Source of the DNA: Candidatus Terraquivivens tengchongensis
Lineage (GTDB): Archaea > Thermoproteota > Nitrososphaeria_A > Caldarchaeales > Wolframiiraptoraceae
Direction of reading: 5' to 3'
Length of the DNA stretch: 64,000 bases
Assembly (NCBI GenBank): GCA_023261845.1
Contig: JALNJZ010000002.1
Location: forward strand, 96,001-160,000
Shown one piece after another: positions 9,905-19,681 of this stretch. Position 1 is the first letter of the stretch; each line of letters begins with the position of its first letter. Made by a program: the position numbers and the translations under genes. Under the pieces are notes generated by a model. It made no database searches and had not been told where the DNA came from. It worked only from the letters and a program-made list of their open reading frames with translations.

Positions 9905-10474
9905 CTACTGTTCTCGTGCATTTAACATCCTAACCGACATGATAACGACCAATGCTGAAATCGTTAAGGATGCTATCAATTCCGGAATGGCCACACCTCT
10001 CCACGGAAAGAGCCAAACCACTATCGCTATAGCAGATAGAAGCAACAACGCAGTGCCCAATACTACTGAGCGCGGAGGATAGATTAAATTGTATGCTCCA
10101 AAGATTATCAGCGTTAGCGCTACGAATACGAAGAACGCGACCGAGACGTAATAATGTATTATTCCTGCAGTTTCCGGAAAGAATCCTATCATGAAGAGCG
10201 AGATCGTGCTTAGTGCGTAGAGCGTGACGCCGACCGTGCCCAAAGCACCCTTGTGAAGTCTTCTCAGACCTATGAGAAAGAAAAAAGCTAAGACGGCTGA
10301 TAACATCAATCCTAGATTGAATATAACGTTTGAAGGTTGTCTTGCGCCCAGATCACTTAGAGCATTTTCCATCCAGCTAAACCAAGGAGATATAGAGATG
10401 CTCAGCGCTATAGAAGAGTACGCCACCACGAGGCTCAATAGTCCAACTATTCCTATTAACTTCAGGCGAGGCAT
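9905..10474 (-). CDS. DUF998-family membrane protein
   Basis: SPWFSW..NALSDLG, FNLGL, HYYVS, AIPE; start placed at MPRLKL. Confidence 0.75.
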   Translation of the reverse strand: MPRLKLIGIVGLLSLVVAYSSIALSISISPWFSWMENALSDLGARQPSNVIFNLGLMLSAVLAFFFLIGLRRLHKGALGTVGVTLYALSTISLFMIGFFPETAGIIHYYVSVAFFVFVALTLIIFGAYNLIYPPRSVVLGTALLLLSAIAIVVWLFPWRGVAIPELIASLTISALVVIMSVRMLNAREQ

Positions 10475-10628
10475 GTAATGATGAAAAAGAATGCAAGAAA
10501 TAAATTTAATTAAGTCAGACCGCATTTTGTTGCTGTCAAGTTATCATCAACCATTACCTCTAAGTTTAAGTAGGTCGCTTTTTTGAGAATCAAGTTATTT
10601 AATTAGCGCTGTATTTTTCAAAATAAGC

Positions 10629-11606
10629 ATGGAATACGTTGAGTTAGGTAAAAGTGGTTTTAAAGTTTCTGTGATAGGACTCGGCACTTGGCAAATAGGG
10701 ACAAGGCTCTGGGGATGGGGTACAGATTACAATGAGTCTGATGCTATCGCTACTATTCATCAAGCTATAGATTTAGGAATCAACTTTATAGATACTGCAG
10801 AAATTTATGGTGGAGGGAGGTCTGAAGAGATTATTGGCAAGGCCATAGCCGGTAGAAGGGATGAAGTCTTTTTAGCCACAAAAGTTTGGCTCACTAACCT
10901 TTCCTACGACAAAGTTATCAAAGCTGCCGAAAGAAGCATTAGGAGGTTAGGCGTTGATGTAATAGACCTTTATCAAGTACACTGGCCTAATCCCTTCATT
11001 CCTATAGAGCAAACGATGAGGGGTATGGAAAAACTGGTCAAGGAAGGAAAGGTGAGGTGTATAGGCGTTAGCAACTTCTCTGTTAATCAACTGAAAAGGG
11101 CACAAGAGGCGCTTTCCTCAGAAGAAATCGTCTCGAACCAGGTCGAGTACAATTTGCTGAACAGAAAAATCGAAAGGGACCTGCTACCCTATGCTAGACA
11201 AGAAAAGGTTACGATCATAGCTTATAGTCCTTTGGCTAAGGGCATATTGACTGGAAAGTATGCTCCTGGAAACGTTCCTAGAGACCTTCTGAGAAAAGTT
11301 GATATTTTGTTTTCCTCTGAGAATCTAAGAAGGGCAAATAAAATCCTTGAGGTTTTGCGCGAAATTGCTGAGCGGCGGGGGAAAGATGTATCACAAGTGG
11401 CCCTAAATTGGTTAATAAAGGAACCTACCATTCTTGCAATACCTGGTGCAAAGAGGCCGCAACATGTGAAGGTAAACGTTGGTGCTACCGGATGGAGGTT
11501 AACTGATGAAGAAGTAAAGAAAATAGATGAGGTTTCGAGTTCATTCAAACCCGAAAGACTAAAAAGTTATGCCTCTATACCCTTTAGATTGCTTAGATTT
11601 TGGTAA
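10629..11606 (+). CDS. Aldo/keto reductase
   Basis: IGLGTW, DTAEIYG, DLYQVHWP, IGVSNF, AYSPLAKG, IPGA. Confidence 0.95.
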   Translation: MEYVELGKSGFKVSVIGLGTWQIGTRLWGWGTDYNESDAIATIHQAIDLGINFIDTAEIYGGGRSEEIIGKAIAGRRDEVFLATKVWLTNLSYDKVIKAAERSIRRLGVDVIDLYQVHWPNPFIPIEQTMRGMEKLVKEGKVRCIGVSNFSVNQLKRAQEALSSEEIVSNQVEYNLLNRKIERDLLPYARQEKVTIIAYSPLAKGILTGKYAPGNVPRDLLRKVDILFSSENLRRANKILEVLREIAERRGKDVSQVALNWLIKEPTILAIPGAKRPQHVKVNVGATGWRLTDEEVKKIDEVSSSFKPERLKSYASIPFRLLRFW

Positions 11607-11654
11607 TTTAAACAGTTAAATATGGTTATCCGGCTGTATTTGTCGGAGTAAGGC

Positions 11655-12017
11655 ATGAGTATAAAGGATGAGGACGTACAGCGTATGTCCCAAGCCCTAA
11701 AGTCTGGGGCAAAACTGACATCTGAAGTATGCCCTGTATGTTCGAGTCCGATTTTTGAAATAAAAGGGGAACTTTGGTGCTTAAAATGTAATAAAAAGGT
11801 TGTTAAGATAAGAGAAGAGTCAGAGATAGCGGATGCCGTATTGCCCTACACTTTAAATAATTTAAGCGCTGTTGTTGTTGAGAAGTTAGAACAACTTTCC
11901 ATAACTCTCTCAAAACTTACGGATCCTTCTGATATAAAAAACGTGGCTGATACAATTTCTGCCCTTTTAGAGGTCCTTTCACAAAGTGAAAGTTTAAAGG
12001 AGAAATTGCGAAAATAA
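11655..12017 (+). CDS. UPF0148 / autoantigen-p27-like Zn-ribbon protein
   Basis: MSQALKSGAKL..EVCPVCSSPIF...GELWCLKC. Confidence 0.8.
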   Translation: MSIKDEDVQRMSQALKSGAKLTSEVCPVCSSPIFEIKGELWCLKCNKKVVKIREESEIADAVLPYTLNNLSAVVVEKLEQLSITLSKLTDPSDIKNVADTISALLEVLSQSESLKEKLRK

Positions 12018-12326
12018 ATGTGAAGTCACCAGACCTCTGCATCCTCGTTTTGTAATACATAAGTAATCGTCTTATGTCTAAGGCTTGAATATGTGATAAT
12101 ATATGTTAACATTATGTGAAGTGACTTTGTTAAGAATTTGTGATATGTTGGGTAACCCCACTCAATCATTTTTTGACAATTTCGGAATCATTATTAACTA
12201 ATATTACTTATTTTTTGAAAAATGTTTGTTATTGGTTGCATGAAGAATTTGTTAAATAAGCATAATTCATATTTCACAACATTATTCACAAGCTCTCATA
12301 GATGCATCCTCTATATTCCTTTATCC

Positions 12327-12354
12327 ATTTTCCATAGGAAATGCAGGGGTGTTT
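12327..12354 (+). promoter_or_regulatory. Origin recognition box ORB1
   Basis: ATTTTCCATAGGAAATGCAGGGGTGTTT: TTCC-N3-GGAA dyad plus G-string. Confidence 0.92.
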
Positions 12355-12499
12355 GATTTTTAATTGTTAACTGTGAATAACAAATATATGGGGTTTTTCG
12401 TAAAAAATCGCCAAGGAAGTAGGCTTATTGGTCATCTAAGCTCTTATTCATTCTCAATTTGTGAAGCTTTCATTTTTTGTTGAATTTTGGTGGTAAGAG

Positions 12500-12527
12500 A
12501 AACACCCCTGCATTTCCTATGGAAAAT
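12500..12527 (-). promoter_or_regulatory. Origin recognition box ORB2 (perfect 28-bp inverted copy of ORB1)
   Basis: AAACACCCCTGCATTTCCTATGGAAAAT is the exact reverse complement of 12327-12354; both G-strings face the spacer. Confidence 0.92.
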
Positions 12528-12676
12528 AGGATTTTCTATTGTTCCTTTTTATTGTGCTCTGTTTTTAATAAAAATAGAAGTTTTTGTTGAAAAAAGTAAA
12601 CCAAGAAATTTTTTCATGTAATCTATAATGACCGTACAGAGAGTAACATTCTGTTCAAAAGAAAAAGTGAGAAACA

Positions 12677-13948
12677 ATGAACAGAGAGTCAGATTTCCAA
12701 TGGAAAGTATGGGGTGCCCGGCTAGATCCGCTATCTGACCTCTTATCCACCTCATCCAAAAAAACAATATTCAAAAACAGAAATGTTTTGAGGTCGGATT
12801 ATTTACCCAATAACCTACCACATAGGTGGGAGCATATTAGACAGTTAGGTGAAATACTCGCACCAACGCTTAATAATACTAGACCTTCAAACGTCTTTAT
12901 ATATGGAAAGACAGGTACAGGTAAAACGGCTGTAGTTAAGTACACATTCAAGCGTTTTAATGAAGAAACAATCCGTAACAATTTACCGTTGAAGTTTATA
13001 TACATCAACTGTCGGATGGCCGGTACAGAGTATCGAGTATTAACGGAGCTTTGTTCATCAATAGGGCAAAAAGTACCCTTCACGGGTTTATCTAAAGCTG
13101 AGGTATTCAACAGATTCGTATCTGGTCTTTCCTCGTCTAACTTAATGGTGGTGGTTTGCTTAGATGAGGTTGACATTCTTGTTAAAAATTTTGGCGATGA
13201 TTTGCTTTATGAGCTTACAAGAGTTAACGAGTCCCTTAATAACGGACAGGTTGCCCTTGTCGGAGTTTCAAATGACTTAATGTTCAAAAATATGTTAGAC
13301 CCTAGAGTGTTAAGTAGTCTAAGCGAAGAAGAAATAGTCTTCCATCCATACACAGCATCCGAACTTATGGATATATTGAGCGAAAGGGCCGCTCTCGCAT
13401 TTAATGAGGGTACGATCTCTCAAGATATAATAGCGTTATGTGCAGCGCTTGCGGCGGCAGAACATGGCGATGCTAGGAGGGCTTTAGACTTGCTAAGGGT
13501 AGCTGGTGAGGTAGCGGAAAGGGCTGGAGCACAAAAAGTCGAGGAAAAGCACGTAAGGATGGCCCAAGGAATAATCGAAAGGGGAAGAGTCTTTGAAGCA
13601 TTATCGTCCCTTCCCTTACATAGCAAGCTGGTTTTGCTTTCTGTAGTGCTAGCGATAAAAAACGGGAATGAAATAACTTCAGGGACCTTATATACGGTCT
13701 ATAAAGAGCTATGTGAACTGCTTGGTATAGAACCCTTGACAGACAGAAGAACTAGTAGTTTGTTATCAGAACTGAACATGCTAGGGGTATTAGACTGTGA
13801 ACTCGTAAGTCTCGGAAGATATGGCAGGACCAGAAAGGTGTTCCTTACGCTACCTTTAGACGAAGTCATTGGTGTTTTTGAGAAAGATGATGTGCTTTCG
13901 AACATGTTAGGTTATGTGCCCACCTCTCTCAAAAAACGCAATACATAA
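12677..13948 (+). CDS. cdc6: Orc1/Cdc6 replication initiator
   Basis: LPHR, Walker A YGKTGTGKT, YINC, Walker B LDEVD, GDARRALDLL, C-terminal wHTH with GRYGRT. Confidence 0.97.
   Translation: MNRESDFQWKVWGARLDPLSDLLSTSSKKTIFKNRNVLRSDYLPNNLPHRWEHIRQLGEILAPTLNNTRPSNVFIYGKTGTGKTAVVKYTFKRFNEETIRNNLPLKFIYINCRMAGTEYRVLTELCSSIGQKVPFTGLSKAEVFNRFVSGLSSSNLMVVVCLDEVDILVKNFGDDLLYELTRVNESLNNGQVALVGVSNDLMFKNMLDPRVLSSLSEEEIVFHPYTASELMDILSERAALAFNEGTISQDIIALCAALAAAEHGDARRALDLLRVAGEVAERAGAQKVEEKHVRMAQGIIERGRVFEALSSLPLHSKLVLLSVVLAIKNGNEITSGTLYTVYKELCELLGIEPLTDRRTSSLLSELNMLGVLDCELVSLGRYGRTRKVFLTLPLDEVIGVFEKDDVLSNMLGYVPTSLKKRNT
12694..12716 (+). promoter_or_regulatory. Origin recognition box ORB3 (inside the 5' end of the cdc6 ORF)
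   Basis: TTTCCAATGGAAAGTATGGGGTG aligns without gaps to ORB1 core TTTCCATAGGAAATGCAGGGGTG (17/23 identical). Confidence 0.8.
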
Positions 13949-13982
13949 AAACTCTCTTTAGCTAATAAGGGCAGAAGCTTAG

Positions 13983-15458
13983 TTGTCCTCAAATAATGAT
14001 AGAAAAATAATCCTAGCGGCTTTAAAGAACGGTTACCATTTAACTGAGGACGCCTTGGAAATTTTAAGAAGATCAGAAGATCCCGTCAGAACGTTAAATA
14101 TGGTGATAGAGCATGTGAGAAAAGCAGACCCAAGCTGTATAGTGCTCAATGCCAAACTTATTGAAGCACTCGTCCAACAAACAACGAAGCCGCAGGAATC
14201 AAAGCCTGTACATGAACACGAAGAGGAGCCTCTAATATGCCCTGAGATTCAAATTATTCGATATTATCCTGAGGATGCTATAATCGAAGGCCATCTCGAA
14301 GAATTTTACAGACACTTCCACAGCCGCTATATAAAACTCAGGAAAATACTCGAAGAAAGGGGCATTAAATTCGTGCCTTTATCTGAAATTATGAGGATGA
14401 GAAAAGACCAAGACGCTATCGCCGCGGTTATGGTACTGGACAAAAAGGACACGGAGAAGGCTCTAATATTTGAATGCGAGGACCCTTCAGCAAACACAAC
14501 GGTTTTCGTTCCAAAGAAAGCCAGCGATATCTTCACAAAGGCTGAGATGGTGTTGGTTGACTGTGTAGTTGGCATGAAGCTTAGAAAGGTTGACGATACG
14601 CTTCTCGTTCAAGACATCATCCAACCGGACGTTCCAATAAACCAAAAACACCCATCAACAGGGCCCGATATGTACGTGTGTTTCATATCTGACGTCCACA
14701 TTGGGAGTAAAAATTTCCGGAAAGATTTGTTTGAATCGTTTCTCGATTGGATAAATAGGAGCAGGGATGGTGAGGTTAAAAGAACGGGATATGTGGTTTT
14801 GTGTGGGGATTTAGTTGACGGTGTAGGTGTATATCCTGGACAGGAAAAGGAACTCGAAGTCGTTTCAATAAATGAACAATTTAGCATGGCTGCTAAATTT
14901 TTATCGGAAATTCCTGAACGTATTGAATTAATATATCTGCCTGGTAATCATGAACCTGTTAGAAAAGCTTTACCTCAACCTTCAGTACCAGAAGTTTACA
15001 AAAAAATATTAGAGAGTAAGCGTAAAATAACGTTCATCAGCAACCCAGCAAAAATTTTGATCGGGAACAAGCTCATATATCTATATCACGGCCAAAGTCT
15101 TGACGATTTAATTCAAACATTGCCAAACGTCTCATACAGCACATTACACGAAAGCATAGGCAAGATACTCGAGGTTATGCTACAGGTTAGACACCTTGCA
15201 CCATGTTACGGTCAGAACACGCCTATCTTACCGCTTGATAGTGACCCCTTGGTTATTGATGATGTGCCCGACATACTTTGCACAGGTCATGTACATGTAG
15301 CCGGTGTTAAGTCCTATAAGGGTGTGCTGCTTATAAACTCAGGTTGCTGGCAAGAACAAACATCATTTCAGCAAAGTTCTGGCCTTAAACCAACAGTCGG
15401 AACCGCTGTGCTTGTAAACTTGGCTGATATGTCAACGAAGATAAAGCTTTTCAGTTAA
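13983..15458 (+). CDS. DNA polymerase D small (proofreading) subunit DP1
   Basis: OB-fold region then metallophosphoesterase motifs SDVHIGS, GDLVDGVGVYPGQ, PGNHE, YHG, RHLAP, GHVH, NSGCWQEQT. Confidence 0.95.
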   Translation: MSSNNDRKIILAALKNGYHLTEDALEILRRSEDPVRTLNMVIEHVRKADPSCIVLNAKLIEALVQQTTKPQESKPVHEHEEEPLICPEIQIIRYYPEDAIIEGHLEEFYRHFHSRYIKLRKILEERGIKFVPLSEIMRMRKDQDAIAAVMVLDKKDTEKALIFECEDPSANTTVFVPKKASDIFTKAEMVLVDCVVGMKLRKVDDTLLVQDIIQPDVPINQKHPSTGPDMYVCFISDVHIGSKNFRKDLFESFLDWINRSRDGEVKRTGYVVLCGDLVDGVGVYPGQEKELEVVSINEQFSMAAKFLSEIPERIELIYLPGNHEPVRKALPQPSVPEVYKKILESKRKITFISNPAKILIGNKLIYLYHGQSLDDLIQTLPNVSYSTLHESIGKILEVMLQVRHLAPCYGQNTPILPLDSDPLVIDDVPDILCTGHVHVAGVKSYKGVLLINSGCWQEQTSFQQSSGLKPTVGTAVLVNLADMSTKIKLFS

Positions 15459-15496
15459 AAAATAATTTTTAGGTTACCTTAATGTTTGCTGGAAGT

Positions 15497-16306
15497 ATGC
15501 TCATAGGTTTTATGAATAATCCTTGGCTACCGGTGTTAGGCGAAGTCAAATTCGCTGTGGATAACAAATTCGATTTTATAGAGATGACGATAGAATATCC
15601 TGAGGCTATGCCAGAAAGGCTGCTACCTCTTTGCAAAGATATAAGGGACACACTCAGGAAAAGTGGGTTGGACATTATATGTCACGTGCCTTGGTATTTT
15701 CACATAGCTCACCCCTATTCAAGCGTGAGGATGCGTTATGTCTCAGAAACATTAAACGTCATGGAAGTGGCAAGGGCTTTAGGTGCAACCAAGATAGTCA
15801 TCCATACAGAATTTGCTGAAGGACTTCCATCAAAATATTTCTCAGAGAACCGGAACGAGATGCTCGAAAACTTCTCATCAAGCTTGGACAAGATAAAAGA
15901 GAAAGCAAACGAGTATGGTATGATGATTATGTTGGAAAATACAGACGATAAGGCTGCAACACTTGAAGAGTTGATTTGCTTACTCGATTCAAAGAATATT
16001 AAGGCAACGCTTGATGTAGGCCATGCGTTCTCGAATTACCATGGCAACAATAAATCATTAACAGACTTCATAAAGATGCTTGGTAGTAGGATAACTCATG
16101 TCCACTTAAGTGATAACTTCGGGGCTGGGGATTTGCACTTACCGATAGGTGTTGGTAGGATATGCTGGCGAGAAGTTATGTCCGAACTAAAAGATTTGGG
16201 GTATGATGGAACCATCACTTTAGAAGTTCACTCACCAGATAGGGATTACCTGCTGCTGAGCAGGGATAAGGTTTTAAAGATTTTACAGGATTTGAACTCT
16301 GTGTAA
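15497..16306 (+). CDS. Sugar phosphate isomerase/epimerase (AP endonuclease 2 TIM-barrel family)
   Basis: LEN, LDVGHA, HVHLSDN.G..DLHLPIG.G, GYDG.ITLEV. Confidence 0.85.
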   Translation: MLIGFMNNPWLPVLGEVKFAVDNKFDFIEMTIEYPEAMPERLLPLCKDIRDTLRKSGLDIICHVPWYFHIAHPYSSVRMRYVSETLNVMEVARALGATKIVIHTEFAEGLPSKYFSENRNEMLENFSSSLDKIKEKANEYGMMIMLENTDDKAATLEELICLLDSKNIKATLDVGHAFSNYHGNNKSLTDFIKMLGSRITHVHLSDNFGAGDLHLPIGVGRICWREVMSELKDLGYDGTITLEVHSPDRDYLLLSRDKVLKILQDLNSV

Positions 16307-16476
16307 TTTTGAACATGCTGATGTGTTTTTATGCAGACGCACTGTTGACAACGAGTGCGGCAATCTGACATCTGTCTTGTCGTTATTCCGTCTTTATGAG
16401 GTCAGGGAATAGATGGACTTGTTGCTAGATGTTTTAAATAGAATGTATAGACCTAGGCTGACCAGAGTAATGCCCC

Positions 16477-17112
16477 TCATCGCTTGCGATACCTTTCGCT
16501 AGTTACGATATACTCCACGGATTCACCAATGTATGTAGCATGGTCAGCTATCCTCTCTAAATACCGCAAAATCAGCGTTGTAGCCATGTCACATTTCTTT
16601 CCAGATGTCGGATTTCCGATGGCTTGTTTAACAAATCCTATATACGCCTTATCAACTTCGTCGTCCATTAATTCTAATTTTTTAGCCAACTCGACATCTT
16701 TGTTCTTGAAAGCAGTTACACTTATTTGTATCATTTCACATACCTTTTTACCCGTTTTCTGGACTATTTCTTTATTACATTCGCTCAAATCGCCGAACAT
16801 GCTGAGAACCTGAGATATGTCATAAGCATATCTTCCATATCTAAAGAAACCATATGCAATTTCCATACAGGAACGGATGTAGCGAAGGTCGCTTGCAACG
16901 GGTTGGTACCTAGCAATTAACTCCATACTCAACTCTGCCACCTCGTCCTCCAAGATGCGCAGTTGGTTAGATGTCTGAAACACTTCTTTGGAAACATCGC
17001 GTCCGTTCACATACCCCTCGATGGCCATTTCAACGACCTTGCTGCTGATCGATGCCATGTCCAATATCATGTTAGTAAGCTTTTCCAACCCTTCATCCAA
17101 AAGCCTCTTCAA
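16477..17112 (-). CDS. phoU: Phosphate transport regulator PhoU
   Basis: ARYQPVASDLR, DDEVD, LERIADHA; last gene of the pst operon. Confidence 0.92.
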   Translation of the reverse strand: MKRLLDEGLEKLTNMILDMASISSKVVEMAIEGYVNGRDVSKEVFQTSNQLRILEDEVAELSMELIARYQPVASDLRYIRSCMEIAYGFFRYGRYAYDISQVLSMFGDLSECNKEIVQKTGKKVCEMIQISVTAFKNKDVELAKKLELMDDEVDKAYIGFVKQAIGNPTSGKKCDMATTLILRYLERIADHATYIGESVEYIVTSERYRKR

Positions 17113-17906
17113 ACTTTTACACCATCCAGAACTCTGCCTGTTATGAATAATTCCGTCAACTCATTAGCTGGAGACTTGAGTACGGATGCGGCCGAGCCAA
17201 ACTCTATCAGCTTACCGTTGTAAATAAAGGCTATGAAGTCTGCTATCCTGCCTGCTTGGTCAACGCTATGTGTAACGGCTATAACCGTGTATTTCTCCTT
17301 CAATCGAACCATAAGTTCCTCTATTTTTTTTGTGTTATATAAGTCGAGACCGGTTGTCGGCTCATCAAATAATATAATCTCTGGCTCGAGTGCAAGGGCC
17401 CTTGCGATACAGAGTCTTTGTTGCTGGCCACCGCTTAACCTCCATGCCGCATCATTCAACCTGTCCTTCACCTCATCCCATAAACCGGCCTCTTTTAGTT
17501 TTTCTTCTGCTAACCTCTCCAAGTTTTTCTTACCTTTAGCTATGCCGTTCAGCATGGGTCCTATTGTCATGTTCTTTAAGATTGAGAGATGAGGGAACGG
17601 GTTTGGTTTCTGAAATACGTATCCTACCTTCCGTCTAAGGTAAGATGGATCGAGTGTATAAGCATCATGGAGTTCGTCTCCTATCCTAACCCAGATTTTT
17701 CCTGAAACCTTCACATCCGGTATTAACTCAACAAGCCTGTTGATGCTTCTTAACAACATGGTTTTCCCACTACCTGACGGTCCTATTATGGCGGTAACAG
17801 CATATCTCGGGAAGTCTATGCTGATACCCCTGATTATCTCCTTGTTATTTATGCTAACGCGCAGGTCCCTTACGCTGACGGCTACATTATCCAACAAACT
17901 CTGCAC
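17109..17906 (-). CDS. pstB: Phosphate ABC transporter ATPase
   Basis: GPSGSGKT, VFQKPNPFP, LSGGQQQRLCIARAL, DEPT. Confidence 0.95.
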   Translation of the reverse strand: MQSLLDNVAVSVRDLRVSINNKEIIRGISIDFPRYAVTAIIGPSGSGKTMLLRSINRLVELIPDVKVSGKIWVRIGDELHDAYTLDPSYLRRKVGYVFQKPNPFPHLSILKNMTIGPMLNGIAKGKKNLERLAEEKLKEAGLWDEVKDRLNDAAWRLSGGQQQRLCIARALALEPEIILFDEPTTGLDLYNTKKIEELMVRLKEKYTVIAVTHSVDQAGRIADFIAFIYNGKLIEFGSAASVLKSPANELTELFITGRVLDGVKV

Positions 17907-17912
17907 TCCCGT

Positions 17913-18761
17913 CTACAATAATTTCTTAGTAAGTCGCCTGGCTAAAAATCCAACCCCCATTACTAGTAGTAAAAGAAACAAGGATGCGGCCCATGCCTGG
18001 GTTTGCCACTCCTTAAATGGTGACGATCCATAGACGTATATAAGGACTGGTATGGACGGTGCTGGCTCGGTCCACTTACTGAACCAGAAGTTGCTGATAC
18101 CGTTGCTGACTATTACGGGTGCGGATTCCCCAATGATCTTCGCAAACCCTATTAGCACGGCGGTAACAACACCGGCCTTAACAGCGGGTAGAAGTATTCG
18201 GAAGATGACTTGGCCGCTAGAAAAGCCAAGAGCATACGCCCCCTCTCTAATTTCGCTAGGTATTGTTAAGAACGTTGCCTCGACACTCCTAGCGACTATT
18301 GGTATCATGATTAAAGCTAGTGCAAGTGATGCAGCGAAGGCTGCCGGACCTGTTGCCAGTATGCCGGTAACTTTTGATGCTAAGAATATGTAGGTAACGA
18401 TTCCGACGAGTATCGTAGGAAACTCAACTAAGATATCGCTCACAAAACGGGCCGCCTTGGCTATGGGGCTGTTCCTGCGTTCAGCCAAATATATGCCAGC
18501 GAACATGCCGGTTGGCACACCTATCAAAAGTGCCAGGCCCAACATGTAAAGAGAGCCTTGGATTGCATGCCCTATGCCCCCGCCTTCAACGCCCGGCGGT
18601 CTGCCTATGTCCGTGAAGAACTCAAGAGGTCTGCTGACGATGTAGTATCCTCCTCTTATGATACATTCAAAAATTATCCAGGCTAGTGGAATGATCAATA
18701 ATAGGAGGGACAGGTATGCTAAACCTGTATAAACAACGTCCCTGAGCTTTTTCAAACTCAT
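17913..18761 (-). CDS. pstA: Phosphate ABC transporter permease PstA
   Basis: GGGIGHAIQGS, FPTILVG, REGAYALG, GESAP; ATG at 18761 overlaps the pstC stop (ATGA). Confidence 0.93.
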   Translation of the reverse strand: MSLKKLRDVVYTGLAYLSLLLLIIPLAWIIFECIIRGGYYIVSRPLEFFTDIGRPPGVEGGGIGHAIQGSLYMLGLALLIGVPTGMFAGIYLAERRNSPIAKAARFVSDILVEFPTILVGIVTYIFLASKVTGILATGPAAFAASLALALIMIPIVARSVEATFLTIPSEIREGAYALGFSSGQVIFRILLPAVKAGVVTAVLIGFAKIIGESAPVIVSNGISNFWFSKWTEPAPSIPVLIYVYGSSPFKEWQTQAWAASLFLLLLVMGVGFLARRLTKKLL

Positions 18762-19675
18762 CTCATGTACCCTCCAAGAAGCTTGCCGTATATTAACCTG
18801 GATACGAGGACCATTAAGATCGAAATCACGAAAAGGACCAAACCAAGTCCTATAAGGGCCGCAGCCTCGATACCCGTCGCCTCGGCAAAGTTGTTGATTA
18901 TAAGTGTCGTTAAGGTGCACGCTGGCTCTAAGAGGGATACTGAGAAGCTACACGTGTTACCTATTACCATGGAAACGGCCACGGCCTCCGCCACCGCTCT
19001 TCCAAGTGCCAACATTAGCGCCGCGAATATTCCTGGCTTAATGTAGCTTAATGTAATGCGTATGACTTCCCATTTGGTGAGCCCAAGCGCGTATGCCGCC
19101 TCCTTTATCTCCATAGGCACTAGGCGTAGATTCTCTTTTATGACCGATACGGCAAAAGGTGTTATCATATAGCCGAGCATTAGTGCCGCGGTCAGCTTGT
19201 TATACGCCGTAAGGGTCGTAGTTTGGAATATTGGTATAAAGCCCAAATTTTCTACTAAGAACTTGTAAAGGGTATCGGAGAGGAATGGCCCTAAGCTCGC
19301 AATTCCCCAAAGCCCCATGACGACGCTCGGAACAGCTGCTATCACATCAACAATTATTCCTAATTTCTCCGATAACCATTCGGGTAGCAACTCTGTCATA
19401 GCTACTGCCGCCGCTATACTTACGGGCATGGTGATCAGCAGTGCCAAGCCTGCCGTTGTCAGGGTACCATAAATGGCCGGAAGCGCACCGTATTTCTGTT
19501 CAGATAAGCTCCACTCCCGACCCAAAATGAAATCCAGAAAAGAGAATTTTGAGAAGAACTCAGAAGCACCATAAAGTTCACCAAAGAAGTATAGTGGCAA
19601 GATGAGGGCTAAAAATAAGGCGAAACCTCCTAAAAAAATAAAAATAGATTTTCTTACGATTGTCATACGAACCAA
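18758..19675 (-). CDS. pstC: Phosphate ABC transporter permease PstC
   Basis: YGALPAIYGT, AAVPSVVMGLWG, KEAAYALG, LGRAVAE..AV.MVIGN. Confidence 0.93.
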   Translation of the reverse strand: MVRMTIVRKSIFIFLGGFALFLALILPLYFFGELYGASEFFSKFSFLDFILGREWSLSEQKYGALPAIYGTLTTAGLALLITMPVSIAAAVAMTELLPEWLSEKLGIIVDVIAAVPSVVMGLWGIASLGPFLSDTLYKFLVENLGFIPIFQTTTLTAYNKLTAALMLGYMITPFAVSVIKENLRLVPMEIKEAAYALGLTKWEVIRITLSYIKPGIFAALMLALGRAVAEAVAVSMVIGNTCSFSVSLLEPACTLTTLIINNFAEATGIEAAALIGLGLVLFVISILMVLVSRLIYGKLLGGYMR

Positions 19676-19681
19676 CCAACC

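Larger units (their letters stand above)
12018..12716. other. Chromosomal replication origin (oriC)
   Basis: About 660-bp AT-rich intergenic region directly upstream of cdc6-DP1, with inverted ORBs flanking an AT-rich spacer (12355-12499). Confidence 0.9.
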
